Shown here: one piece after another, positions 20,359-28,785 of the stretch | Position numbering within the stretch: position 1 is the first letter of the stretch | How the letters are laid out: every line of letters begins with the position of its first letter | Assembly (NCBI GenBank): GCA_963707555.1 | Contig: CAVPQM010000002.1 | Span: forward strand, 28,690-92,689 | Length of the DNA stretch: 64,000 nucleotides | Source: an uncultured Actinomycetota bacterium | GTDB lineage: Bacteria; Actinomycetota; Acidimicrobiia; Acidimicrobiales; Microtrichaceae | Direction of reading: 5' to 3' | Program-made: the position numbers and the translations under genes | Notes under the pieces: generated by a model | Seen by the model: only the letters and a program-made list of their open reading frames with translations | The model's database searches: none | Told to the model about the DNA's origin: nothing

Positions 20359-21294
20359 TCAGTAGCTCCCGGTGTGCGAGAGCACCTCGCCGGCGATCAG
20401 GTCGAGGTGCTCCAGGTCGTCCATGTCGAGGACCTGCAGGTAGATCCGTGAGATGCCCGCGGCGGCGAACCGCGACAGTCGGTCGAGCAGCTCTGCGGGG
20501 GTGCCCGCCAGCCCGTTCTCACGCAGCTCCGACGGCTCACGGCCGATGGCCGCGGCACGGCGTGCGATCTCGGCCTCGTCGGTGCCGCAGCACACGACCT
20601 GCGCAGCGGACCGCAGCACCGTCGACGGATCGCGATTGATGGCGCCACAGGCGGCGTTGATGCCCTGCTGCAGGTCGGTGGTCACCTCGACCGACGCGAA
20701 CGGCACGTTGAACTCCGCGGCGAAGCGGGCGACGAGGTCCGGGGTGCGCTTGGGCCCGAACCCGCCGATGATGATCGGGGGCAGGTCCTGCGTGGGCTTC
20801 GGCAGGGCGGGTGAGTCGACCACGGGCCACCAACGGCCGTCGTGGGACCACGTCTCGCCGACCGGCGTCGACCACAGACCGGTGACGACCTGCAGCTGCT
20901 CCTCGAGCCGGTCGAAGCGCTCGCCGAGCGGCTGGTACGGGATGCCGTAGGCGGTGTGCTCCTGGTCGTACCAGCCGGCGCCCAGGCCGAGCTCGACCCG
21001 GCCGCCCGACATCTGGTCGACCTGCGCGACCGACACCGCCAACATGCCGGGGTGGCGGAACGTCGCCGAGGTCACCAACGTGCCGAGCCGGATGGTCGAG
21101 GTCTCCCGGGCGATCGCACCGAGGGTCACCCACGAGTCGGTCGGGCCGGGCAGGCCGGACATGTCGCCCATCTTCAGCAGGTGGTCGGAACGGAAGAAGG
21201 CATCGAAGCCGAGGGACTCGGCACGCTGGGCGACCGCGAGCTGCTGGTCGTAGGTCGCTCCCTGTTGCGGTTCGACGAAGATGCGCAGATCCAT
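20359..21294 (-). CDS. LLM-class F420-dependent oxidoreductase
   Basis: Within ORF 20359..21366, start ATG 21294 (MDLRIFVEPQQGATYDQQL). Luciferase-like monooxygenase pattern: FDAFFRSDHL, LGTLVTSATFRHPGMLA, GRVELGLGAGW. Confidence 0.8.
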   Translation of the reverse strand: MDLRIFVEPQQGATYDQQLAVAQRAESLGFDAFFRSDHLLKMGDMSGLPGPTDSWVTLGAIARETSTIRLGTLVTSATFRHPGMLAVSVAQVDQMSGGRVELGLGAGWYDQEHTAYGIPYQPLGERFDRLEEQLQVVTGLWSTPVGETWSHDGRWWPVVDSPALPKPTQDLPPIIIGGFGPKRTPDLVARFAAEFNVPFASVEVTTDLQQGINAACGAINRDPSTVLRSAAQVVCCGTDEAEIARRAAAIGREPSELRENGLAGTPAELLDRLSRFAAAGISRIYLQVLDMDDLEHLDLIAGEVLSHTGSY

Positions 21295-21409
21295 CGGTGG
21301 AGGGGTCCTTCCGGTCGGTCGCCCCGAACCTACCCCGGTCGCCGACCACCCTCGTCCCGCGGCCACACCCTTGTCCCGCCCGGCTGCGCACCCCTACGGT
21401 CCTGCGCCC

Positions 21410-22168
21410 GTGTCGACCGTCGTCTTCGTGCATGCGCATCCCGACGACGAGGCGATCTTCAGCGGCGGCACGATGCTGGCGCTGGCCGAGGCCGGCCACC
21501 GCGTGGTGCTGGTCGTCGCGACCGGCGGCGAGCTCGGGCTGGTGCACGACGACTCCTCACCGCTCGCGCTGCACCGGCGCAACGAGCTCGAGGTCGCCGC
21601 GTCGATGTTGCAGGTCGACGCGCTGCACCTGCTCGGCTTCGCCGACTCCGGGATGCTCGGCGACCCGGCGAACGACGCCCCCGGCTCGTTCTGGTCGGCG
21701 CCCGTCCACACCGCCGCCGCACAGCTCGCCGCGATCCTCGGCGACGAAGGCGCCGACGCGATCGCCGTGTACGACGACCACGGTATCTACGGGCATCCCG
21801 ATCACGTCCAGGGTCACCGGGTCGGGCTGGCCGCCGCCGAGATCGCCGGCGTCGAGTGCCGCTACGAGATGACCGTCGACCGCGAATACCTGCACTTCGT
21901 CGAGACGCACCTGGTCGAGGACGCCGCACTCGCCGGGGACCTGGGCCTGGCCGGGTCCCTCATCGGCAGCGCGTCGGTCGAGGTCGACCTCACCGTCGAC
22001 GTGCACCGCCACGTCGCGGCCAAGCGGGCGGCGATGGCCGCGCACGTCAGCCAGCTGCCCGAGCACGCCCCGGTGTTCGGCCTGGACGACGCCGGCTTCG
22101 CCGAGGTCTACGGCTGGGAGTGGTACCTGCGCCGCGGCCCCCGAGGCCCCCTCGACGACCTCCCCTGA
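21410..22168 (+). CDS. PIG-L family deacetylase (MshB/Mca-like)
   Basis: Within ORF 21281..22168, likely GTG 21410 (VSTVVFVHAHPDDEAIFSGG). A second metal motif is YGHPDHV. Confidence 0.7.
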   Translation: MSTVVFVHAHPDDEAIFSGGTMLALAEAGHRVVLVVATGGELGLVHDDSSPLALHRRNELEVAASMLQVDALHLLGFADSGMLGDPANDAPGSFWSAPVHTAAAQLAAILGDEGADAIAVYDDHGIYGHPDHVQGHRVGLAAAEIAGVECRYEMTVDREYLHFVETHLVEDAALAGDLGLAGSLIGSASVEVDLTVDVHRHVAAKRAAMAAHVSQLPEHAPVFGLDDAGFAEVYGWEWYLRRGPRGPLDDLP

Positions 22169-22179
22169 GCCCCTCATGT

Positions 22180-22235
22180 CGAAATCCGCTCTGAAATCGG
22201 GGTGATCACCCCGAAACGGAGTCGGAGATGCCGAG
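22180..22235. repeat. Copy A of the long-palindrome intergenic repeat family (core GGGGTGATCACCCC)
   Basis: cgaaatccgctctgaaatcggggtgatcaccccgaaacggagtcggagatgccgag, lying between convergent genes. It aligns position by position with the copies at 36001 and 51917. Confidence 0.6.
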
Positions 22236-22238
22236 ACC

Positions 22239-23496
22239 TCAGGCCCGTGCGCGCCAGCGCTCGTTCCGCGCCTTGAAGCGAGACTCGACGACCCTCACCC
22301 AACCCGGAGAACCAGGAACCCACAGCACGAGTTCCCTCCCGGACCCGGCCACCAGGCAGGACGGTTCGTAGTCGAACAGCGTCGTGTCGTCTCCCCACGG
22401 CGGGATGCGGGCACTCGTCACGCGGTACTTCCGTGGCCCTTGACCGACGAAGTACACCCAGAAGTACTCGCGTCCGAAGAACTCCAGCCAGTACGTGGGA
22501 AGCAGTGCCCTCAACGGGAACCAGGCGCGGGCCGACTCCGCCCGATGGCTGACCGATGCCGCCTCGAACGGTGACCGCCGGAGCACTCGCATGGCTCGCA
22601 GGTGCCGACGGGTCGGTCCGGCGAGCACCAAGAGTCCGGTAACGGTGGCAATCGCTGCCACAGAGCCGATCACGTCGTCGTCGCGGGACGAGCGCCTCCC
22701 CTTGGAGCTTGGTCTCCCCGGAGTCGGGGTCGTGGAGCAGCACCACCTGTTCACCGACCGCGTACGTGCGCTCCACCTCCTGGACGAATCGAACGTCCGT
22801 GTCACCATGGGTCGCGACCACTTCGACCCTGTCGAACCCGTCGGCGTCGGGACCGAACGAGGTCACCGTTCCGGCGAGCGGCTCTCCGTGCTCATCGAGC
22901 CTGGTCGCACGCTCGACCCAGACCCCGATCGCGACAGCAGCGACGACTCCGAAGACGAGGACCACGCACCATGCCAGCGCGAGCCATCGGTTGGAGCGTC
23001 GGATCACCGAGCGGATCTCCGGGTCCCTGGACGCCGGCATCGATGGATCCGGCGCCAGCGCTCGGCGAGTCACTGCCGGCGTCGACGCCTCATCCAGTTC
23101 TGACGAGAGCAGGTCGACGATCACATCCTGGACGAGCCGCCGCAGGTTCGTCGCTCCACCGGGAGCGATGCGACCCAACCGAACAGCAAGCGGACAACGG
23201 GCGAGTTCTATGCGCACGTCGACGACGGTCGAGCGCGCATCGTCGACCGACTCCAGCTCGATCACGGCGGTGCCGCCGAAGGGGCCGTCGTCGAAGTCGA
23301 CCCGGTAGATCGCCGGACCGACCTGATGCACATCCAGGGCGAAGTGCTCGTCAGCGTGCTCGTCGGGGCGCTTGACGTCGAGCGACGAGCGGTCGACGTC
23401 TTCTCGCTCGGCGGGCCGTTCGTCGAGCCTGCGGATCCGTCGGGCGACCTCGTCGAGTGGCGCATCGACGTGAGCACCGACCTCGATCACCACCAT
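22239..23496 (-). CDS. Hypothetical two-TM membrane protein, orphan (1 apparent frameshift near 22700)
   Basis: Start ATG 23496 follows GGGAGGGG (ORF 22174..23610 frame) and is joined to piece 22239..22808. Layout: ~130-aa soluble N-domain, TM ([24 protein letters not shown]), beta-rich loop resembling DUF3592, TM ([19 protein letters not shown]), then a ~140-aa aromatic-rich C-domain with visibly lower GC. Confidence 0.5.
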
Positions 23497-23535
23497 CGAA
23501 CCCCTCCCTCGCCCATCCGCCCGCACATTCTCGGG

Positions 23536-23586
23536 CTTCCGGCCCGGATATCGGATGATCACCCCCAAACCGGAGGGAATTTCGGG
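23536..23586. repeat. Copy B of the long-palindrome repeat family (inverted orientation, more diverged)
   Basis: cttccggcccggatatcggatgatcacccccaaaccggagggaatttcggg. The core atcggatgatcacccccaaaccggag matches copy A at about 24 of 28 positions. The right end resembles the inverted left terminus. Confidence 0.45.
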
Positions 23587-23741
23587 AGGGGGTGGACAAC
23601 GGTCGGACATCTGCTACGGTCGAACATGTGTTCGCCCTGCGGAGCTGCTGCCGCCTCCGCCGGTCGACCGGACCGCGATCCCGGTGGCGATGGGGCCATC
23701 TGGGGTCGCGGTCCGCTCTCGCCCTGCTCTGTGCCCCGCGC

Positions 23742-24517
23742 TCAGTCCCGCACCGGGCGCACGTCGACCCCAGCGGCGGCCAGCGCGGCCTTGGCGTCGC
23801 CGACGGTGTACTCACCGAAGTGGAAGATCGACGCGGCCAGCACGGCGTCGGCCCGGGCGATCGTGATGCCGTCGACCAGGTGCTGCAGGTTGCCGACGCC
23901 ACCGGACGCGATGACCGGCACGTTGCAGGCGTCGACGACCGCTCGGGTCAGCGCGAGCTCGAAGCCGTCCCTGGTGCCGTCCCGGTCCATCGAGGTGAGC
24001 AGGATCTCTCCCGCTCCGAGCTCGGCGGCCCGTGCTGCCCACTCGACCGCGTCGAGGCCCACCGGGGTGCGTCCACCGTGGGTGAACACCTCCCAGCCGG
24101 ACGCCGCCGTCGCTACGACCCCTGGCGTCGATCGCGACCACGACGCACTGCGCGCCGAACTCGTCCGGCGATCTCGGCGATGACCTCGGGCCGGTCGACC
24201 GCTGCGGTGTTCACACCGACCTTGTCGGCACCGGCACGCAGCAGGCGACGGGCGTCCTCGACGGTGCGCACGCCGCCGCCGACGGTGAAGGGGATGAAGA
24301 CCTCTTCGGCGGTGCGGCGGACGACGTCGAGGATGGTGTCGCGGGCGTCCGACGAGGCGGTGATGTCGAGGAAGATCAGCTCGTCGGCACCTTCGACGTC
24401 GTAGCGGGCGGCGAGCTCGACGGGGTCACCCGCGTCACGCAGCTCGACGAAATTGACGCCCTTGACGACGCGCCCGGCGTCGACGTCGAGGCACGGGATC
24501 ACACGAGCGGTCCTCAT
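23742..24517 (-). CDS. hisF: Imidazole glycerol phosphate synthase cyclase subunit (2 apparent frameshifts near 24165 and 24110)
   Basis: Three pieces: 24113..24517 ([19 protein letters not shown] ... FTVGGGVR), 23812..24141 (VVAIDARG) and 23742..24089 ([18 protein letters not shown] ... [13 protein letters not shown] ... VIASGGVG). The ATG overlaps the hisA stop. Confidence 0.88.
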
Positions 24518-25253
24518 GCGGCCCCACCACCCCGGCAGGCGGCGACGGCGTCGGCGACGGAGAACTTGCCCTCGTAGATCGCACGACCCGTGATCGCACC
24601 TTCGAGGGTGCGGCCCGGCGGCGGTGACCGCGGGAGAGCGCCGTCGAGATCCGCGAGCGTCCCGATGCCGCCCGAGGCGATCACGGGGATGATGTCGCCT
24701 CGACGACCTCAGTCAGTCCCACCAGGTCCGGCCCTTCGAGCGTGCCGTCACGGCTGATCTCGGTCACGACCAGCGCGGCGACGCCGGCGTCCTCGAACGC
24801 CCGGGCCAGGTCGAGCAGGTCGGTGCCCGAGCCCTCGAGCCAGCCGCGGACCGCGACGTCACGACCGCGGGCATCGAGCCCGACGGCGACGGGATGGCGT
24901 GCCGCGAGGCGTCGGACGAACTCAGGATCCTCGAGCGCCGCGGTGCCGACCACGACCCGGGCCACTCCCGCCTCGAAGAGCGCCTCGGCGGCCGCGTCGT
25001 CGCGCACGCCGCCGCCGGTCTGGACCGGCACCGACACGCCCGCGGCGATCGCGGCGACGACCTCACGGTTCACGGGGTCGCCGCTGCGGGCCGCGTCGAG
25101 GTCGACGACGTGGATCCACGGCGCGCCCTCGGCCTCGAAGGCCTGCGCCTGGGCGACGGGGTCGTCGCCGTAGACGGTCTCCTGGGCGTAGTCACCCTGG
25201 TAGAGCCGCACGCACTTGCCGCCGCGCAGGTCGATCGCGGGGTACAGGTCCAT
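24514..25253 (-). CDS. hisA: ProFAR isomerase HisA (PriA-type family; at least 1 apparent frameshift near 24700)
   Basis: ORF 24681..25253 begins [22 protein letters not shown], with VQTGGGVR and [16 protein letters not shown]. The hand-translated continuation is [17 protein letters not shown] ... [28 protein letters not shown], ending at TGA 24514-24516. Confidence 0.85.
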
Positions 25254-25319
25254 CAGTCGTCTCTCTCCATCAGTCGTTCGCGCTCCAGTCGCGCTGTCAG
25301 TTCGCGCTCAGGTCCTCGG

Positions 25320-25988
25320 TCATCGAGAGCGCGGGATCGGCGTCGGCGCGGCGGCGAGCTCGACGAAGTTCCGCAGGACCGCGAGGCCACCGCGTCCCGA
25401 CTTCTCCGGGTGGAACTGGGTCGCCATCACCGACGCCGCGCTGCGCGGCAGCGGTGACCGGGCCGCCGTAGTCGACCGTCGCGATGACGTCGTCGGTCGC
25501 CTCGGCAGCGAAGGAGTGCACGAAGTACATCCACGGCCGCTCGCCGAGCCCGTCGAGCAGCGGCGACGGCCGACACGACGTCGAGTCGGTTCCACTGCAT
25601 CTGCGGGTGCTTCACGTCGTCGGGCAGGCGGCGCACCACGCCGCGGCAGCACGCCGAGCCCGTCGACGCCCGGGCGACTCCTCGGAGCCGTCGTAGAGCA
25701 GCTGCATGCCGACGCAGATGCCCAGGAACGGTCGACCGGATGCCGATCGCGTCGAGGGCGACCCGGTCGAGTCCGGTGTCGGCCAGCGCCTGCACGGCAG
25801 CGACCGAACGCGCCGACACCCGGCAGCACGACGGCGTCCGCGGCCTCGATGACGGCGGGGTCGGCGGTCAGCGTCGCGTCGGCGCCGACGTGTTCGAGCG
25901 CCTTCTGCGCCGAGCGCAGGTTGCCGATGCCGTAGTCGAGGACCGCGAGGCGTGGTGGTCGATCGGTCCCGGAGCCGCTCGGGCTCAC
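25320..25988 (-). CDS. hisH: Imidazole glycerol phosphate synthase glutaminase subunit (about 6 apparent frameshifts)
   Basis: Hand translation switching frames near 25800, 25745, 25675, 25645, 25565 and 25430 gives [22 protein letters not shown] ... VLPGVGAFG / [19 protein letters not shown] / [24 protein letters not shown] / VDGLGVLP / [22 protein letters not shown] / [43 protein letters not shown] / [13 protein letters not shown]. These include the catalytic GICVGMQ and HPEKS motifs. Confidence 0.8.
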   Translation of the reverse strand: MSPSGSGTDRPPRLAVLDYGIGNLRSAQKALEHVGADATLTADPAVIEAADAVVLPGVGAFGRCRAGAGRHRTRPGRPRRDRHPVDRSWASASACSCSTTAPRSRPGVDGLGVLPRRGAPPARRREAPADAVEPTRRRVGRRRCSTGSASGRGCTSCTPSLPRRPTTSSRRSTTAARSPLPRSAASVMATQFHPEKSGRGGLAVLRNFVELAAAPTPIPRSR

Positions 25989-26665
25989 AGCACGCCCTTG
26001 GTCGAGGGCATCTGGTCGCTCTCGAGCTTCACCGCTTCGCGCAGGGCGCGGGCGAAGGCCTTCACCGAGGCCTCGATGATGTGATGCGTGTTGCGGCCGC
26101 GCACCAGCGTCAGGTGCAGCGTGATGCCCGAGGACATGACGATCGCCCGCCAGAACTCCTCCATCAGCTGCGGGTCGAACGGCGGGTCACCCAGGATCTT
26201 CTCGCCGGGCGGGTCGATCTCGTAGTGCAGGTACGGCCGGCCGGAGAGGTCGAGCACCGCTTCGACGACCGCTTCGTCGAGCGGCACCCGGATCGACGCG
26301 AAGCGACGCACGCCACGCTTGTCGCCGAGGGCGTCGCGCAGGACCGCACCCAGCAGGATGCCGGTGTCCTCGACGGTGTGGTGCGAGTCGATCTGGATGT
26401 CGCCGGTGGCCTTGACCGTCAGGTCCATGCCGGCGTGGCGGCCGACCTGGTCGAGCATGTGGTCGAAGAACGGCAGTCCGGTCGAGCAGTCGGTCCGGCC
26501 TGTGCCGTCGACCGAGAGCTCGATGGAGATGTCGGTCTCCTTGGTGGTCCTGGAATCCGACGAGGTCCGCTCGACGCGGGATCCGTCCGGGGCGTTGGCT
26601 GTTCCGTCCACAGCTGGGTCGTTGGCACTCACGCCTCCAGCGTCGCACACCGGACCGACGACCAC
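25985..26665 (-). CDS. hisB: Imidazoleglycerol-phosphate dehydratase
   Basis: Intact ORF: [68 protein letters not shown]. The true start is probably internal (GTG 26632 or nearby), so the N-terminus is uncertain. Confidence 0.88.
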   Translation of the reverse strand: MVVGPVCDAGGVSANDPAVDGTANAPDGSRVERTSSDSRTTKETDISIELSVDGTGRTDCSTGLPFFDHMLDQVGRHAGMDLTVKATGDIQIDSHHTVEDTGILLGAVLRDALGDKRGVRRFASIRVPLDEAVVEAVLDLSGRPYLHYEIDPPGEKILGDPPFDPQLMEEFWRAIVMSSGITLHLTLVRGRNTHHIIEASVKAFARALREAVKLESDQMPSTKGVL

Positions 26666-26739
26666 GCAGTCGGTAACGACCGGGCCGCTGGCCGTGCGCG
26701 ACGCGACCGCTCACGCCGTCCGCGGGTCGGTCCTGTTGC

Positions 26740-27516
26740 TCAGTCCTGCTGGGCCTGGGCGGCCTCGACCGGCCCGAGCGCGTCCGGTGGCACGAGGTTG
26801 TTCTCCTCGGTCGTCTCGGCCTCGACGAGCCCGACCATCGCCTCGACCACCTCGGCGGGGTCGAGCTGACCCACGGTGATGAAGTCGCGGACCAGCTCGA
26901 ACGTGCTGGTCGTCGGCGCCTGGAGGCTGTCGTCGCCGAACCACTCCCACATCGCGGCGGCCATGCGGTCGTTGAACCCGGTGTCGTAGGGCCCCGGGTT
27001 CAACAGGCAGACGTCGATCCCGAGCGGGGCGAGCTCGGCGCGCATCGCCTTGCCCATGGCCTCGAGCGCGTGCTTCGTCATCGCGTACGGGGCGATCGCC
27101 GGGGCCGAGACCAGCCCCGCGACCGACGACACGATGATCACCCGGCCCGCACCGCGCGGGATCATCTGGGCCAGCACTCGTTGGGTGATCGAGAGCGTGC
27201 CGAACACGTTCACCTCGAAGAGGTGCCGCACGACGTCGAGGGGCACGTCCGCGAGCGGCCCGAACTGGCCGGCGCCGGCGTTGTCGATCAGGACGTCGAT
27301 CTGCCACTGGTCGACCTTCGCGACGTCGTCGGTGGTGATGTCGAGCTGCTCGATCCGCAGACCGGAGACGCCGGTGTCGGAGACCTCTGCCCGCAACGCG
27401 TCGGCCTGCGCCTCGGTCTCGGTGGTGGCGATCACGTCGTGACCCCGAGCAGCCAGCGCGAGCGCCGCTCCCTTGCCGAACCCGGACCCGGCGCCGGTGA
27501 TGAGCACGGTGGACAT
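26740..27516 (-). CDS. SDR-family oxidoreductase (classical short-chain dehydrogenase)
   Basis: Within ORF 26740..27570, start ATG 27516 with GAGGAG 5 nt upstream. Motifs: VLITGAGSGFGKG, NAGAG, catalytic SSVAGL ... YAMTKHALE. Confidence 0.8.
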   Translation of the reverse strand: MSTVLITGAGSGFGKGAALALAARGHDVIATTETEAQADALRAEVSDTGVSGLRIEQLDITTDDVAKVDQWQIDVLIDNAGAGQFGPLADVPLDVVRHLFEVNVFGTLSITQRVLAQMIPRGAGRVIIVSSVAGLVSAPAIAPYAMTKHALEAMGKAMRAELAPLGIDVCLLNPGPYDTGFNDRMAAAMWEWFGDDSLQAPTTSTFELVRDFITVGQLDPAEVVEAMVGLVEAETTEENNLVPPDALGPVEAAQAQQD

Positions 27517-27517
27517 G

Positions 27518-27564
27518 GAGTCTCCTCGTCGTCGGACACGTCGTGCGACGCGGTGAGGAGACTC
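27518..27564 (-). promoter_or_regulatory. Hairpin pairing the SDR Shine-Dalgarno with an upstream anti-SD
   Basis: Minus-strand RNA: GAGTCTCCTC-(27 nt)-GAGGAGACTC-C-ATG. This is a 10-bp perfect stem whose 3' arm contains the GAGGAG ribosome-binding site. Confidence 0.4.
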
Positions 27565-27709
27565 TCCCACAGCCCGAGAGCGCGCCGGCGAACTCAGCGC
27601 GGCGGTTCGGCAGCAAGGTGAGGCAGTGGAGCAGGTCTCCGTCGCTCGGGGAGCTGACGAGAAGCCTCGGGGTGCCCCCTACCGGCACTTCGGCCACACC
27701 TGCACAGCC

Positions 27710-27957
27710 GCGTTCCGCGGAAGCGGCCGTCGCCCGCCGAGCGGGTCGACTGTCGCGTTTCGCCGATTGGCAGACGGCCCGCCCAGAGGGCGCTCCCGCG
27801 GAAGCGCGACCGCCGACGACCACGAGCGGCGGGTGCACTCCCGCGCCGACTTGGAACGAAAGCGGGCGGTCGAACCACTCTCGTTTCGTCGCAACTCGGC
27901 GTCAGGACACACCCCGCGGACCGGCACACGCTGACGCTCGACGCTCCCGCGGAAGCG
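27710..27957. repeat. Three copies of a 16-bp near-palindrome (CGCTCCCGCGGAAGCG) in a 580-nt non-coding gap
   Basis: The 16-mer at 27791-27806 and 27942-27957 is identical. 27710-27725 (GCGTTCCGCGGAAGCG) shares the 13-nt core. CCGCGG occurs 5 times between 27714 and 28011. Confidence 0.6.
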
Positions 27958-28095
27958 TCGACTCGGAGTGACGTCGCGCGACCGAGCAGAGGGGGCCGGT
28001 TCGACCCGCGGCCTGCTCACCGAACCGACGTACGACCCCAGCATCGCGTGCCCCTCCCGCCGGAACGGTGCCCCAGAACGACGGCACCGAGTCAG

Positions 28096-28503
28096 TCAGT
28101 CGACGTTGAGGCGCTCGACGCGCTGACCTGTGATCGCAGCGATCAACTCGAAGTCCTTGTCGAGGTGAAGAACGGTGAGTTCCGCGAGTTCTGCTGTAGC
28201 CGCGATCACCAGGTCCGGCACGGAGGGTGCCCTGTGGTGCCCGCGCTCGGACAGCACCCGCTGGAGTTCGAGTGCGCGGTCTTCGATCTTCGGTGTGAGG
28301 TACTCGATCGGCATCGAGGCGATCGGAGGCTCATCCAACAGCGCCTGATGGTCACTCGCGGAGCGTGCGGAGTAGCCGACTTCCAGCAGCGTCACCGAGC
28401 AGATGCGCACGAGGCCGCGCTCGATACGCCCTGCCCACTCGGTCGCGTCAGGGTCGAGGTGGAGTCGGGTGATGGCCGACTTGTCGATGAGCCACGAGCT
28501 CAC
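28096..28503 (-). CDS. vapC: Type II toxin VapC (PIN-domain ribonuclease)
   Basis: Intact 135-aa ORF. PIN acidic residues sit in the expected context ([30 protein letters not shown]). A 4-nt overlap with the upstream antitoxin ORF is present, and GC is lower than in the flanks. Confidence 0.85.
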   Translation of the reverse strand: MSSWLIDKSAITRLHLDPDATEWAGRIERGLVRICSVTLLEVGYSARSASDHQALLDEPPIASMPIEYLTPKIEDRALELQRVLSERGHHRAPSVPDLVIAATAELAELTVLHLDKDFELIAAITGQRVERLNVD

Positions 28504-28721
28504 GACCAGGCGCCGCCCATCACGACAGGGTCGTCGAGGTCGCTGACGAGCGAGGCGACTCGCCGCAACTGTTCGACTGTGACCGGTCCAACATCCTGAA
28601 CCCGTTCACGGTCGAGGGTCCGTCGGAGGTATTCGCTACGCGAGAGCCCCACCCGCTTCGCCTTGGCATCGATGGCGGTGAGCACTTCGTCGGGAACGTC
28701 TCTGATCAGGATGTCGGTCAT
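28500..28721 (-). CDS. vapB: Type II antitoxin VapB (ribbon-helix-helix, FitA/StbC-like)
   Basis: Intact 73-aa ORF: [45 protein letters not shown] lies 6 nt upstream. It overlaps the vapC start. Confidence 0.75.
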   Translation of the reverse strand: MTDILIRDVPDEVLTAIDAKAKRVGLSRSEYLRRTLDRERVQDVGPVTVEQLRRVASLVSDLDDPVVMGGAWS

Positions 28722-28785
28722 TCAGCACCACCTTCTGATATCTGATGATATCGCCCCTCGGGTTGGGTGTCACCTAACGATGCTC

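Noticed and set aside
27543-28044. ORFs 27543..27971 (+) and 27679..28044 (-) as genes filling the gap between vapC and the SDR gene.
   Set aside because: The translations are low-complexity Arg/Ser/Pro/Ala strings with no hydrophobic core pattern or motif. The region is better described as structured non-coding DNA.
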